From NCBI GenBank assembly GCA_051294375.1, contig CM119263.1, forward strand, positions 23,184,525-23,248,524: DNA of 64,000 nucleotides, given 5' to 3'. Under the pieces are notes generated by a model. It had not been told where the DNA came from. It made no database searches and saw nothing but the letters and a program-made list of their open reading frames with translations. Both the position numbers and the translations under genes were made by a program. Position 1 is the stretch's first letter. Every line of letters begins with the position of its first letter. Of this stretch, positions 40,235-53,400 are shown in pieces. Source of the stretch: Paraspadella gotoi. Its lineage: Eukaryota; Animalia; Chaetognatha.

Positions 40235-40449
40235 AGATAAGTTCGAGAGTCAAGAGTTATTTAACTATTGTTTATTATGTGAAAATATAGATAGCGATCG
40301 ATAAGTGCATAAAAAAATTAAATCCACGCTCAAATTGAGAGAGATTTTTGTGATAAGACAAGTTTATCGGAAGAAGTAAAGTACAGTGAAGCTTAATTTT
40401 AAATCATAAGAGGTGACATTGAATTTTGATAAATTTATGGCACTTATCT
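40235..40449 (-). promoter_or_regulatory. GATA-site cluster upstream of the mucin-like gene
   Basis: GATA cores at 40235 (AGATAAG), 40289 (AGATAG), 40299 (CGATAAG), 40351 (TGATAAG), ~40363 (TTTATCG), 40427 (TGATAA) and 40443 (CTTATCT), 150-360 bp 5' of the ATG. Confidence 0.4.
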
Positions 40450-42966
40450 TGAATTTCTTTGAATTTTTGCCCGAGCGGCTGGTAATGAGTGGGTCACTTT
40501 ATTCGCGGCTTACGGGAGTTTTTGATCGAGTTTATTTCTAAAAGAGAAATAGATAGGACAAGAGTTCAAAGTATTCTAGCAAATCGAAAGGTAATGCAAT
40601 TGTTACTTTAAACAGTCAACAATAAATACGTACGTCGGCGTTTTCCGTACAATAGCGCCGCTTTTCTTCGCCACTCGAACACGAAATTTCCATTTGTTAG
40701 TGGAATTGGTTTCTCCCGTTTCTCGGATTCCGAGCGCCATCTTTGCCGGGAGCTAAGAAAAAAAAAATCTCTTCAAACAAATTAGTCAAAAACTTGAAAG
40801 TTCGCGGTTCTCTCTCTCTCTCTCTCTCTCCCTTTTTTTTATTTTCTCGCCCGAATGCAGGAGACAGAGAGAGGAAGATGGGAAAAATTGCTCTTTTCTT
40901 CGAGATTAAACCGGAGCCGGTCCTTAAAAGCCGCCGCCTTTTGTCGAAAAAATAAAAATATTCGCGGAGAACAACTTTTCCTTTGGAACAAATGAGCGAC
41001 GTTGACGCGGGTTACCGCCGGGTTCCTTCACCCGCCCCCCACCTACCCCCCACCCTCCCCTCCCAAAAAAAAAAGAAAGATGGCTTCGACTTTTCTTTCC
41101 CGAAAAAAAAAACGTCTCTCGCCAAAAGTAACATCCACCATCGTCAATTATTGAAATTTATTAATATTTCATGAAGAGAAGGAGAAGGAGAAAAAAAAAG
41201 GGCAGAAAGAAAAAAAACTTCTTTCGTCTCCCCCTCTTTCCCATTTACATAAATCTATTTTTTTTTTTTAATCTTCTTCTCTTATTTTCTCCTTCCTCTC
41301 TCATTTCTCCACCTCTCCTCGCTTCTCCTTCTTTCATCTTCTTCTCTTCGTTTCTCCTTCTCTTTTAAAACTCGCGAAACGAAAACTCAAAATTCGTCGC
41401 CGACGAAGAAGTGATTTAAATTTTGAATTTTTGAATTTCCCATTCCGCGCGCCCAAAACCGTCAATATTCTTTGGCGGCTTAAAACCATCCAGATGAAGA
41501 TAACTCGTTTTGGGGGGAGGGGAACAAACGTTGCTCGTATGAAGGCGAATAATGCAGGCGACAAAGGTAAGTTTTTTTGGGTTTCATTTTGGATGGAGGA
41601 CTGAGAGCGAAAACGAGACAAAGAGAGATAGTGACTGAGAGAGAGGAATTAAAAGAATCAATGAGTAAATAAATGAACGAATGAATGAATAAATCGATCA
41701 ATAATGAATAAATAAAAAAATGCATTAATAAAATGAAAATAGAAAATATTAATTGATATTAATTTTTTAATCATAGTGATGAGACGCGAAGCACGGGGTG
41801 AGCAATAAAACGTTATCTTCATAAAATAAAATTCCAACAATTTAATCAAAATACGCTTGACCAATAANNNNNNNNNNNNNNNNNNNNNNNNNNNNNNNNN
41901 NNNNNNNNNNNNNNNNNNNNNNNNNNNNNNNNNNNNNNNNNNNNNNNNNNNNNNNNNNNNNNNNNNNNNNNNNNNNNNNNNNNNNNNNNNNNNNNNNNNN
42001 NNNNNNNNNNNNNNNNNNNNNNNNNNNNNNNNNNNNNNNNNNNNNNNNNNNNNNNNNNNNNNNNNNNNNNNNNNNNNNNNNNNNNNNNNNNNNNNNNNNN
42101 NNNNNNNNNNNNNNNNNNNNNNNNNNNNNNNNNNNNNNNNNNNNNNNNNNNNNNNNNNNNNNNNNNNNNNNNNNNNNNNNNNNNNNNNNNNNNNNNNNNN
42201 NNNNNNNNNNNNNNNNNNNNNNNNNNNNNNNNNNNNNNNNNNNNNNNNNNNNNNNNNNNNNNNNNNNNNNNNNNNNNNNNNNNNNNNNNNNNNNNNNNNN
42301 NNNNNNNNNNNNNNNNNNNNNNNNNNNNNNNNNNNNNNNNNNNNNNNNNNNNNNNNNNNNNNNNNNNNNNNNNNNNNNNNNNNNNNNNNNNNNNNNNNNN
42401 NNNNNNNNNNNNNNNNNNNNNNNNNNNNNNNNNNNNNNNNNNNNNNNNNNNNNNNNNNNNNNNNNNNNNNNNNNNNNNNNNNNNNNNNNNNNNNNNNNNN
42501 NNNNNNNNNNNNNNNNNNNNNNNNNNNNNNNNNNNNNNNNNNNNNNNNNNNNNNNNNNNNNNNNNNNNNNNNNNNNNNNNNNNNNNNNNNNNNNNNNNNN
42601 NNNNNNNNNNNNNNNNNNNNNNNNNNNNNNNNNNNNNNNNNNNNNNNNNNNNNNNNNNNNNNNNNNNNNNNNNNNNNNNNNNNNNNNNNNNNNNNNNNNN
42701 NNNNNNNNNNNNNNNNNNNNNNNNNNNNNAACTCGTCTTCCTTCTCCCTCTCGCGCTCGCGAGGCGATGACGCGACGATCGGGCGACTGTCACGTGATTC
42801 GTCGTTGAAAATCACGTGACGCGTCGCTCGGCGTCAGAGGCGACGATAATGACGGAAGAGATTAACCGGAAATCCCTCGCAACGCCACCCGGCGAGCGGC
42901 GGAAAAAATTGATGGAAATCCTACATGAACGGTAGCCGAGGCTAAGATGAGAGAGAGAATAAGAAG

Positions 42967-43039
<73 letters not shown>

Positions 43040-43292
43040 ATCGCTCTACTTCGAAGATATGCTGAAAGGTGCGAACGAACGTATGAACTTTGGCCTTTTG
43101 CTTCAAAAGGTCGATCCTCGACGAAAGATCAACCGAAGCTTTGTTCATGAGTTTGTTTGTTTTTAGTTAAAAAAACATAAAACCTCGCTTTAAAACATTC
43201 ATGCCTTGCCGAAAGTATCTCAACGAACTATTTTCGGTCTTTCTGAAACCTCTTGCTTCATTTGCATATTACCCGTCCCCTTTCTTTCAGCG

Positions 43293-43408
<116 letters not shown>

Positions 43409-44465
43409 CCTCCCTGCCCCCTTGAGAGATCCCCTCTCACTTTTAAATCTGGTCCGGGTTAGAGATTGATGAGCTGAGGCTTCAACTCCCGAGACTTTTC
43501 TCCCTAATTTTCTCCTTTTTTCCTTTTTCCCTGTCGCCCAATCATCGCCCGTCCTGATTAGGACGCTTCGGGTGCGGGGGGAGGGGGAGAAGAAGAAAAG
43601 AGGGGAGGAGAACTAAAAAAGGGGATGAGGTGAGGCTAGAAAAGTAAGCTACAAAGAAAAAAGGAAAGGGAGGAACGGAGCAGGCGGAACGACATGCAGA
43701 GATTACAGAAGATGAAAATAACAATCAGTGGAATAAAGAAAGAGTTAAAGAGTCAAAAAACGATTTATTTGGTTGGGAAAGATAAGTTATACGCACCAAT
43801 TCCCGAAACAAACGATTGGCGAGATTGAGGAGGCAAAGCTGAAAATGACGCCGATCCTGGAGGGCGCCGCTCAATGGCGACATTTCTCAGCCCGAAGAGG
43901 CTGAAGATTTTATCTAAATTAAAATAAATTATTTTTTATTAATAATGTATTTTCAACAGAAGAGGTCGATGACCCATAAAGAACATCGCTACAATCAGAC
44001 GGCTTTACAGACAGACGGACAAAAAAATATAGCCTATAGAGCCACGTCGCCGAACTTGGATGATGATGTCATCAAATCTTAGATGACTCAACATCAACTT
44101 GTTTCATATGATTAGATCTAAATACGGATGACATCGATTTACCACTGATGCATTTGCATGACCACCACTATCCAATTTTGACGTAGTCTTCTTTTTTTTT
44201 TAAAGAAATCCAAGAAATAATTTTTTATCGGTTTATCTCCCGGGAAGTCGCCGCATTTTTACGCCACCAAAAAAAGTAAACAAACAAACAGAAATGAAAA
44301 CCAAAGTTCGCGGGAAAAAAAACCGGGAAAAAGAAAAGAGGAAGTGATAGGGGAAGGGAATCGTGAGATGGGAAATGGCGAAGACTTTCCGAGAAGAAAA
44401 GGAAAATGAAAGAAAATATCGGAGACGAGAATGTCCCGAGATTAAAGAAGGGATATTGCTTTAAA

Positions 44466-45045
44466 TAGGGGTAGCCGCACTCAATGGGGTGAGTCAAAAA
44501 TTTAGTATGAGCTCATGCTCCAACGAAAATTTAGACATTTTTATTATACTTTCAATGGACAAAAAATTTATTACATGGCTAGTAATTATTTTTTTATTAT
44601 TTATTTATAGATAGGAAAGGCCAAAATTTTTTTGGAGAAATTTTACATTTTAATACCAGATTTAGATAGCTCATAAAAAGTTGTCTACACAAAGTATAAT
44701 TCTTTTTTAAATATTGTTATGATAAGCAGGTCAAAAATAAGAAAAAATCATCATTATCATCATCTTTCGATGATTTTATCGGTTTTTTTAGATTATTACT
44801 GGGAAAACGTAAGAATTTTTAAAAACTGTAATTATATTTCTCGTTTAACTTTTAATGCTCTATCAGAATCGATAAAAAATTTTAAGATTTAAAAAAAAAT
44901 ACAAAGTTTTGATTATATCGTAATATAATAATTTTAATTTGGCAAGTACCCTCAACAAAAAATATTTTAATACTATAATCTATGCTCATGATAGATTATT
45001 TTAATGCTGTATACATTAGCATTTAAATTTCATCGGCTATGGCTA
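44466..45045. mobile_element. Decayed relative of the fold-back MITE family
   Basis: Internal segments resemble the other copies (CAGATTTAGATAGCTCATAAAAAGTTG, AAAGTATAATTCTTTTTTAAA, GGTCAAAAATAAGAAAAAA). Weak terminal inverted match TAGGGGTAGCCG/CGGCTATGGCTA and similar flanks (CTTTAAA/CTTGAAA). Boundaries are uncertain. Confidence 0.5.
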
Positions 45046-45337
45046 CTTGAAATGACTCTATTTTTCTCGTAGTTCCTTCGGGAGCGGCCAAACTCCACTA
45101 CCCCAGTTTCGACCCACGAGACCCGGCGCTCCTTTAACCGGCGCCCGTTTGAGTCGCCCGTCCGGCGTTGACGCTAAAAGCAGCGCCGCTCAACAAAGAA
45201 AGGGATTCTCGCAAGTTGGAAAAGAAAATACGACGACGACGAAGACAAACATGAAAACGAAGGCATTTATATTTGCTGGTGGTGATTTTAACTTCGAGGA
45301 ATCGATTGTCGCCGAGATGATGAAACTAAAGGACAAA

Positions 45338-45417
<80 letters not shown>

Positions 45418-46107
45418 GCGGGAAGAATGAATGATACGCCGGCTCCTTTTCCTCTCTCCGAGGTCAAGGGGCCAATCAGGCCGTTAAAGATACAAAACGA
45501 ATCCTTGGGTCTCGCCTCGCGTTTTTCGCGCCGGCCGACGCTTGGCGACGCCGGAACGGAAATGGCGCTTTTGATGGCGTTCTCGGCGGCGTCGCTGCTG
45601 GCGCCGACGTCGTCGTCGCTTTGCAATTTCTCGGAAATGGATCCGCCTATTGTCGAGTTTTAACGGAAGGAGACGCTAGCGACGCCAATGACGTTTGAGC
45701 GTCACCCGTTGACGCAGCGTCGTTTTTCCATGGTCACCATCGCGGTCACGTGACTTCTTGTAGTTTGAAAACGCTGCTTGCAACACGTATTTATAAACTT
45801 ATAGTTCATAAAACAATTCAATCAACAGCCGAGTAAAAATTGGCACTTCTTATCCTTCTCTGGAACCCTTTACTCGGTCTTCCTTAATTTTCCCTCCGAT
45901 ATTTTTAATTTTTTCCTCATACCCATTTTCTTCCTCCTTTTTTTTTCTTTCCTTTCATTTGGGTTTTCCTCTTCCAGGTCTTTTCTTTCGTCCTTCTCTT
46001 GCTCAATGTCTCCCTCCATTCATCTTTTCTGTTGATGAGATATGATCCCACCCACTTCCGAGTGACAGGAAGAAACCATAAAACTCTTGACATCATGAAC
46101 TCTAAAC

Positions 46108-46190
<83 letters not shown>

Positions 46191-47796
46191 CTCTCACAAG
46201 TGATGATGGTTTCTTTTTCCACTTTCGTGATCTTCACTCATCTCTGGATATTTTTTGCCTTTTGCCTAATTTTTTTCCTTTTTGTTGCTCGCCTCGCGAG
46301 AATCTCCTTTAGCGTCGCTCCGCGTCTTGGATTCGCGAAATTGCAACGCGCACTTGTGCGTCGCGGGTGTGGCGCAAATCTGAGATCACGGTGCGTAACC
46401 GTGGCGCATAATGGTCGAGTGTACTGCTTCCAAGGCGGACCAAGAGTCAGTTTTTTTTTTAAATGGGTGATCGAGGTTCAAAAATAGTAAGAAACAAAAG
46501 ATTATGATAAGAAAAAAAACTTTTTAACGAGTTCGAATCGTTTCTGTACATTTTCATATTTTGGTAATTTTCCGATCCCGGATGGGCCCGCTGAACGGCG
46601 ACATATCCCAGCCCGAAGACATCAAAATTTGAATACAGAAAATTTATTACTGTTTTTGAATTTTCTTCCAGGTCGAAGAAATTTATGACGTAATTAACAT
46701 TTAACTAAAAAAGTTTGCATTACTGTAATTTCGAAATTTCTTTTAACATTTTAAAAGGTCAGATTAATCGTGAAATTAAATTCAAACAGAAGAAAATGAA
46801 AAAAAAAAAAAGTTTTGGTGATTTTACGCAATAATTTTATCCTAATAACATAAACTGCTTTCAACTCTCTTCACCTCCTACTTCTCCCCCACACCGTCGA
46901 CTCATCTTTTGTTTCTTCGCTTATGTTGATTACGAAATCAAGCGCCTCCCTTTTTTTTTCTTTTTCTACCTCCGCTAGGCGCAAACAACAAACAAGGATC
47001 CGCGGGTCAAAGGTCAGGAAATGATGTTGTTTACACGATTGCCATCTGGCGTTCACGCAGCGGCTGCGGCGCCACCTGATGCGGCATCTGCGCAGCGGAG
47101 GCGCTTAGAGGTGCTGGCGAGGAGTTGTGTTGTAGCCAATGTATTTAAGTTCTGGATTGAAAATTTTATATGGTAAATATTGATATATTTTCAAACTTTG
47201 TTAAAAGGTATAATATAAAAATAAATGTAAGTTTAAAAAAAACCGTAAAAAAAATTTACATACGGTCTAAAGAAAAGAGTGTAAACACAACGACGACAAG
47301 ATCCCGCCCGGAACTCGCGACCTTCCCACCCAAGACAGTGCCCTTAATCTAACTCGTCCACGGACACCGGGTGCTTAGCAACGAGCGGCGACGCCCAAAC
47401 GACATCTGCTTCTAATTTGATACAAACATCCGGCGTCGGGGCGGAAAAAGCGAACAAACGAGTCGCCCAATGCGGAAACGGGGGTTTGGGAAGGGCGATA
47501 AGTTGCGGCGAAGGTAAGGAAGAAGTTCGGAAAGCTTCAAAGCGAGAGGGCGATCCTATGAAATGCTTTAAAATATGAGAAACTTTGATTGGAAGACCGA
47601 GAGGTGGGGAACAATGATGTCGAGAACAAAAGAATAGGTCATGAAAAATAAATACATTCGACACACATCTACAAAATATTTAGAAATTTAGGGAGTATCG
47701 ATTGAAAACTTGCATGTCCTTGTTATGTTATTATCTTGTAAGATAGATAGTAGCTTGTCCAAAATCAGGGGCAAGATAAATTGTTTATTGATTGAT

Positions 47797-47889
47797 TGAA
47801 TGAATGAATGAATGAATGAATGAATGAATGAATGAATGAATGAATGAATGAATGAATGAATGAATGAATGAATGAATGAATGAATGAAT
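47797..47889. repeat. (TGAA)n microsatellite
   Basis: More than 20 tandem GAAT units. Confidence 0.95.
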
Positions 47890-50420
47890 AATTTTTATAT
47901 TGGTTGAACTAATTTCATTGTCAGTTACAGTTATCTAGTTTTCTAGGCCCATTTTTCTCATTTCTTGGAATAGTTTGCATGAAATGATTAGTAGTTTAGT
48001 TGAATATATTTTTTTTCTGTTGCGGTTTTTTGTAATTTGTCATGTAACTTTATTAACAAGCACGCTATCGCTCGATTCGCAAACTTCGTGCAAACTCTCT
48101 CTAAATAATGATTCGCTTTGGGATTGAATTACCGGAATCGTGCGACGGGTTAAAAAAAGTTGCAATTTTTTTTTTAGTTAACACATTTTCGAAAACATTG
48201 GCCCTTCTTTCATTTTTAGTCCTTGAAAATACAGACGTCCTCAGTTTTTTATTAAATAAATCAGCGTTGCGCGACTGAATAAGGACAGCGACAATTCAGA
48301 TCGTTTTATTTTTCTCGATCTTTTCGTTTCTCAAGCACTTGCTCGATCGACAAATTCGTTCCGACGAAAAACAAAGAATTACAAAAAAATAATAATAGTT
48401 AATACGAGCAGCAATTCCCAGAGATGTTTTTTAGATCTTGCGTTTTTCTTTCTCTTGTTTTCTTTATTTCTTTCTCCTGTTACGTGTTTTTCTTATTTCG
48501 ATTCAATATTTGCCTCTTGCTCAAAAGTACACAGGGGGGAAAGGAACGAAAAGATTCGCTCTCGCTGGGGATGGAAGCCACTTCTTTCTTTTTGTTCTGC
48601 TCTCGATTGATTGCGATTTTTTTCTTTTTAACTTAAGGGAACTTGAGATTTTCTTGCTTGGTTTACTTTTAATATTTTTGTATTTACAGAACAACGTATA
48701 TAACATTTTTCGTTACCGCTGAAAATGGGGATATGCTATCAATTTGAGTTCGGCATTAAAAAATACTATCGTAATATAATATTATAGTAATATTCATATT
48801 TTTTCTTTGAACGATTCTTTCCGATTTCAAACTTTTTTTCCGGAATTATAAGCTGATTTTTTCTGATGACGCAACAATCTTGCTGTTGCGGTCTTGCTTT
48901 TTTTTATTTTTTTTTTCATTAAATGAATCATAAAATAGTTTTTTTTTAAATGAACGAAGAATGCAAAAAAATTGAAATTAACTTTTATTTTTGTTACTTT
49001 TCTCGATAAAAAATTGATTTAGTTTTAGTAAATAATTTGAATTAAATTACACGTAAATAATTTTTTTGAATATATCGAAAAATATAAATAAGATCACTGA
49101 TCTTCATCTGCAATTCAGCTTAGAAAATCCGTGATATTTTTTGTCGGCTTGAAATGAGAATCCCCCATCGTCGAATAGAGAGAGGATATCTGGTCCCTCC
49201 CTTCAAAAAAAAACTGGATCGGGTTGGATTCGAACCCGGGAAGGTTTAGATCGAATTTCCTATCGGAATCACTAACTTATGTTTTGCTTTTCGAACATTT
49301 TAGTTCAGTCACAACTTTAGCCTCTTCGACTCCGCATGTGTTTTTCACTTTTTTTATTTTTTTTTATTAATTTAAAGCGCTTCAATTAAATATTTAATTA
49401 GTACTATTATTGCCGTAAACTCTTGTCTGAATTACGGGTTTATTCGTTTATCGACCTGTCACCTACGTCGAAGTACTTTTGAGTACATTCGATGCGAGAT
49501 CTTTACTTATAATATATCGCGCGTTGATCAAAAATTGGCTTCTGCTTCATATTATACTCTTTAACAAATCCTAATATGTTTTTATTCTATCCCTTTACGA
49601 CTAAATATTTCTTAATATTTTGTCCTAAATAAACTAGATTTTGTTTAATAATTTAAAACTTATAAACTTGTAAATGAGAATATAAAAAATTTAAAATCTT
49701 TATCGATTTCATTTTAGTTTAAAAGTTTATTTTTTATTTTTTTGCAAAGTTTTTTTGTCTCTCACGCGCTGATTACCTCTGTGAGGCAGATTTGCTTTTT
49801 ACGGCTCCATAAACTTCACCTCACGTCAACGAAAAAAAAAAATCAGTTTTTCGAGGGAGACTCGTTTCGCACTCGGGTCCTTCTCCCCTCCTCACACTCT
49901 CACCTACCTTTCTCCCATTTTCGCCACCGCCAGTCCTCCTCACACCCTTTCCTGCCCGCCTCACACCTTCACCAACCCGCCTCACACCTTCAAGAACTCT
50001 TCTCACATTTTCATCTGCTCTCTAAACTTTAGATAATTTCTTTTCGAATTTAACATTCAATTTCCGTTTAAGCTGTTATCATTATCATTTAAAAAAACTG
50101 ATGGCCTTAAACTGAAGTCGCAATTGATGGTTTTGGGGCTTTTAATGTTTGGGTTCATCTCTCGTCATCCTCGATCACATTTCTCGTGTGAACGAGTTCA
50201 ACATTTCACCTCCGTTCGGTTAATCGTTTTTTTGTTTGTTTTGTTTTCATCTTCTAATTTCGGAAAGAGACGAATTTCGACACGTCGAGCGAGTTAATTT
50301 TCTCATACGAATGAAAAAATCATAAAATTTTCCCAAGACATGCACATTCATAAAATCAACCTTTTTTTTAATTTTTCAAGACAACTTAATTAGTTAATCG
50401 GAATTAGACGTAACTTTGAA

Positions 50421-53400
50421 ATGGCGCCCGGAGATGCGGAAGCGCCCTCTGGGCGAAGAGCCAAGATGATTTGGGTTGGCGCCGCCGTTATCGTTGTCGC
50501 TATCATCGTCATAATCGCGCTTGCCGCAGGTAGTACGCTTTCGCCTCTTAGTAATTATTACCAAAACGTTCTAAAGCTCATGCATATCATTCGCAATCCG
50601 ACAAAATCACGACGTTCTCCCTTCAAAAATTATAATGCAATGTAAAATTGAATTAAGTACCATAATAAACGGACCTTAAAACGATTTTCCGCGCTCAGGA
50701 CTCGGCGGCGGCAGCGACGGCCAACTACCCAAGGATTACGGTTTCTTCGAAGGGAAACAACGTTTCGAGGTGGATGACCTCGTGCCGGTCTCGATTCATC
50801 GATCAACGCGGTCAGGTGAGTCCGGACGGTGGGCCGGACCGAGGGCGAGCCGGGTCGGGTTGTCGACGGGGCAGTCGCCCGCGTTTATCTCCGCGCCCAT
50901 CCATCAGTGGCGCCCTCGGGTTCGACCGCTCCGTCGGTCCTCGGTTCGGAAATGCAGAGCGTAACGATGATTCTTTTAACGAAGGGCGTTTTAAAAAGGC
51001 AATAGTTTCTTTTAAGAACGGCGCTTTAGACTTCCCTTTAAGGACGTCTTTAACAGGCGAAAGTATACAATTTGGTTTGATTTTTAACAAAATTTAATTT
51101 TGTGGATTAACGATAGCCACAAAATTAGTATATTGTAAAGATATATATTTATTTAAATTTTTTTAAATTTTGTATGCTGCTAAAAAGGCATGACAGTGGT
51201 GAGCTCCAAGGTCGTTCAGCCCAAGATGGAAGGCGCCTTGTGTCTGGTGACCGAAGCTTTCGACGACGACGGTCTTCCACACACATTAGAGCATCTCGTC
51301 TTCATGGGGAGCAAGAAATATCCTTACAAGGTGTGTGGGCTTTTTAATTAATCATTTCATATTCACAGCAAAAGCACTTAAATTTTTGCGTCAATCCGAT
51401 TGGTAATTTTATTATTGTTTTCAGGGTTCGCTGGACATGATCGCCAACAGGTGTCTCGCGTCCGGTACGAATGCTTGGACGGAGCCGGCCCTTACGTGCT
51501 ACACGATGACTACGGCCGGCAGCGAAGGATTTTTCAACCTCCTCCCGGTGTTTCTCGATCACATCTTGAATCCAACCCTGAATGACTCGTTCTTCATTAC
51601 CGAGGTAAGTTCTCTGGAGGTTCGATAATATTGAGCGATAAAAGAGTTTAAAAAAAAGATGTAATATTTAAATAAATTATAAATGAATAATTGAATAAAT
51701 GACCAAAATATTATTAAATAAATGAACAAAATATAATTGAGTAAATTAAATAAATATTTTTTTAAAAATTACAAAATTAATTTAAGTTAAAATTGTATTC
51801 CTTAACCAGGTGTATCACGTGGACGGCGCCGGCCAAGATGGCGGCGTCGTTTTCAGCGAAATGCGAGCGAAAGAAAACGAGCCGTTCCAAGTCATAGCGC
51901 GGCAGGGGCTAGAGCTTCTCTATCCCGGCCAGTGCGGCTTCAAGAGTGAGACGGGCGGGCGTGTGCCCAACCTCCGGTACAACACCACCAACGTCAAGGT
52001 GCTCGACTACCATCGCCGCTTTTATCGTCCCGAGAATCTCGTCGTCATCGTCGCCGGGGATTTCGACGCCGACAAGCTCTTCGGCGCCATCGAGGGCGTG
52101 GACGCGGAAGAGGCCGCCAAGGAGAGGGAGCCTTTCGAGCGACCATTCACGGAGCCCTGCGAAGAGCTGGACGGCGACATTTTCAAGAGGATCGAATATC
52201 CAAGTGGTAAGTCCTTTGTTTATTAATCGTTAATTTCGTTTTGTTCTTAGTTTTTGGCTTTGATTAACAGCATCGAGTTAAAATGAAAATAAAAAATTAA
52301 GTTACCGCAAATTTTAATCGAATTTAACTTGTTTTTAAATTTAATATTTTATATGAAAGAATCCACTGCACTTTCTAGTTCCTATTCAGACGACGAAAAG
52401 TTCGGGATGGTGGCACTGGGATGGCGAATGCCGGATCCTCGCCCAGACTTCTACCTTCATGCCGCCAGGATGGAGTTGGTAGACTACCTATTGTCCGGCG
52501 TCACTTCGCCGCTGGAGAAGTTTTTCGTCCAACGCGATCCTCCACTGGCCACCGCAATTATCAAGTAGTTTTTCGAATTTTTCTGGATTTTTACATTCTG
52601 TTCTTTCGTAGGTTTCAATTTCATTCATATAAATAAATGGGAAAAAATGAATAAATATAAAAACACAAATTCGTAAAACTAATAAAAAACAAAATTATAC
52701 TAACAATAATAAAAAACAAACAAAAATATAAATAATTATTCGTCCACTAGAATCGAAATATTGGCAAATAAAAATAAAAAATGCACTTGTAAATCCCACT
52801 ACGAATTACCTTATACTAAAATAAACGTTATTTTTCGTTTCTTCTCTCACTAAACTTTCATAGACGAAAATTTACGAAACTTCTAAATTTTTATGCAAAT
52901 AATATGAAAATGGTACAATATAAAAATTATCCATTCCTTTAATAAATAAGCTATCTTGCCCCTGGCTTTGGACAGGCTTTGGTGGTTTAAGGCCTCCATC
53001 ACTCAAACAAGATAATATATAAATTATCTTATTTAATTATTTTTCATTATCCACGTTACTCTCTTTAGCTTTTGGTACGAAACACCGCAACCCTTCATAA
53101 GCTTGATCTTCAAGAACGTGCCCGTGTCCCATCTCGACTCCATCAGGGGATCTTTTTTCGAGGTTATGGAGAACGTGACCCGCGACGACTTTGACCTAAA
53201 GCGCATGCGCGAAATCATCAAGTCCGCCTTGCGCACTCGCAAGTCTCGCATGGAGAACACTCCCTTTTACGAGATCAGGGACGCCACCTTCAGCTTCGCC
53301 TACGACGACGACATGGAGAACGTCGTCGAGATGTTAAACTTCAAGACCTTGTACGAAAAGATGTTGAAGGAAGACGAGGAGTTTTGGCGCGAGCTTTTAA

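Noticed and set aside
41658-42819. Long ORFs of 315-385 aa
   Set aside because: Almost entirely N-gap (X residues).
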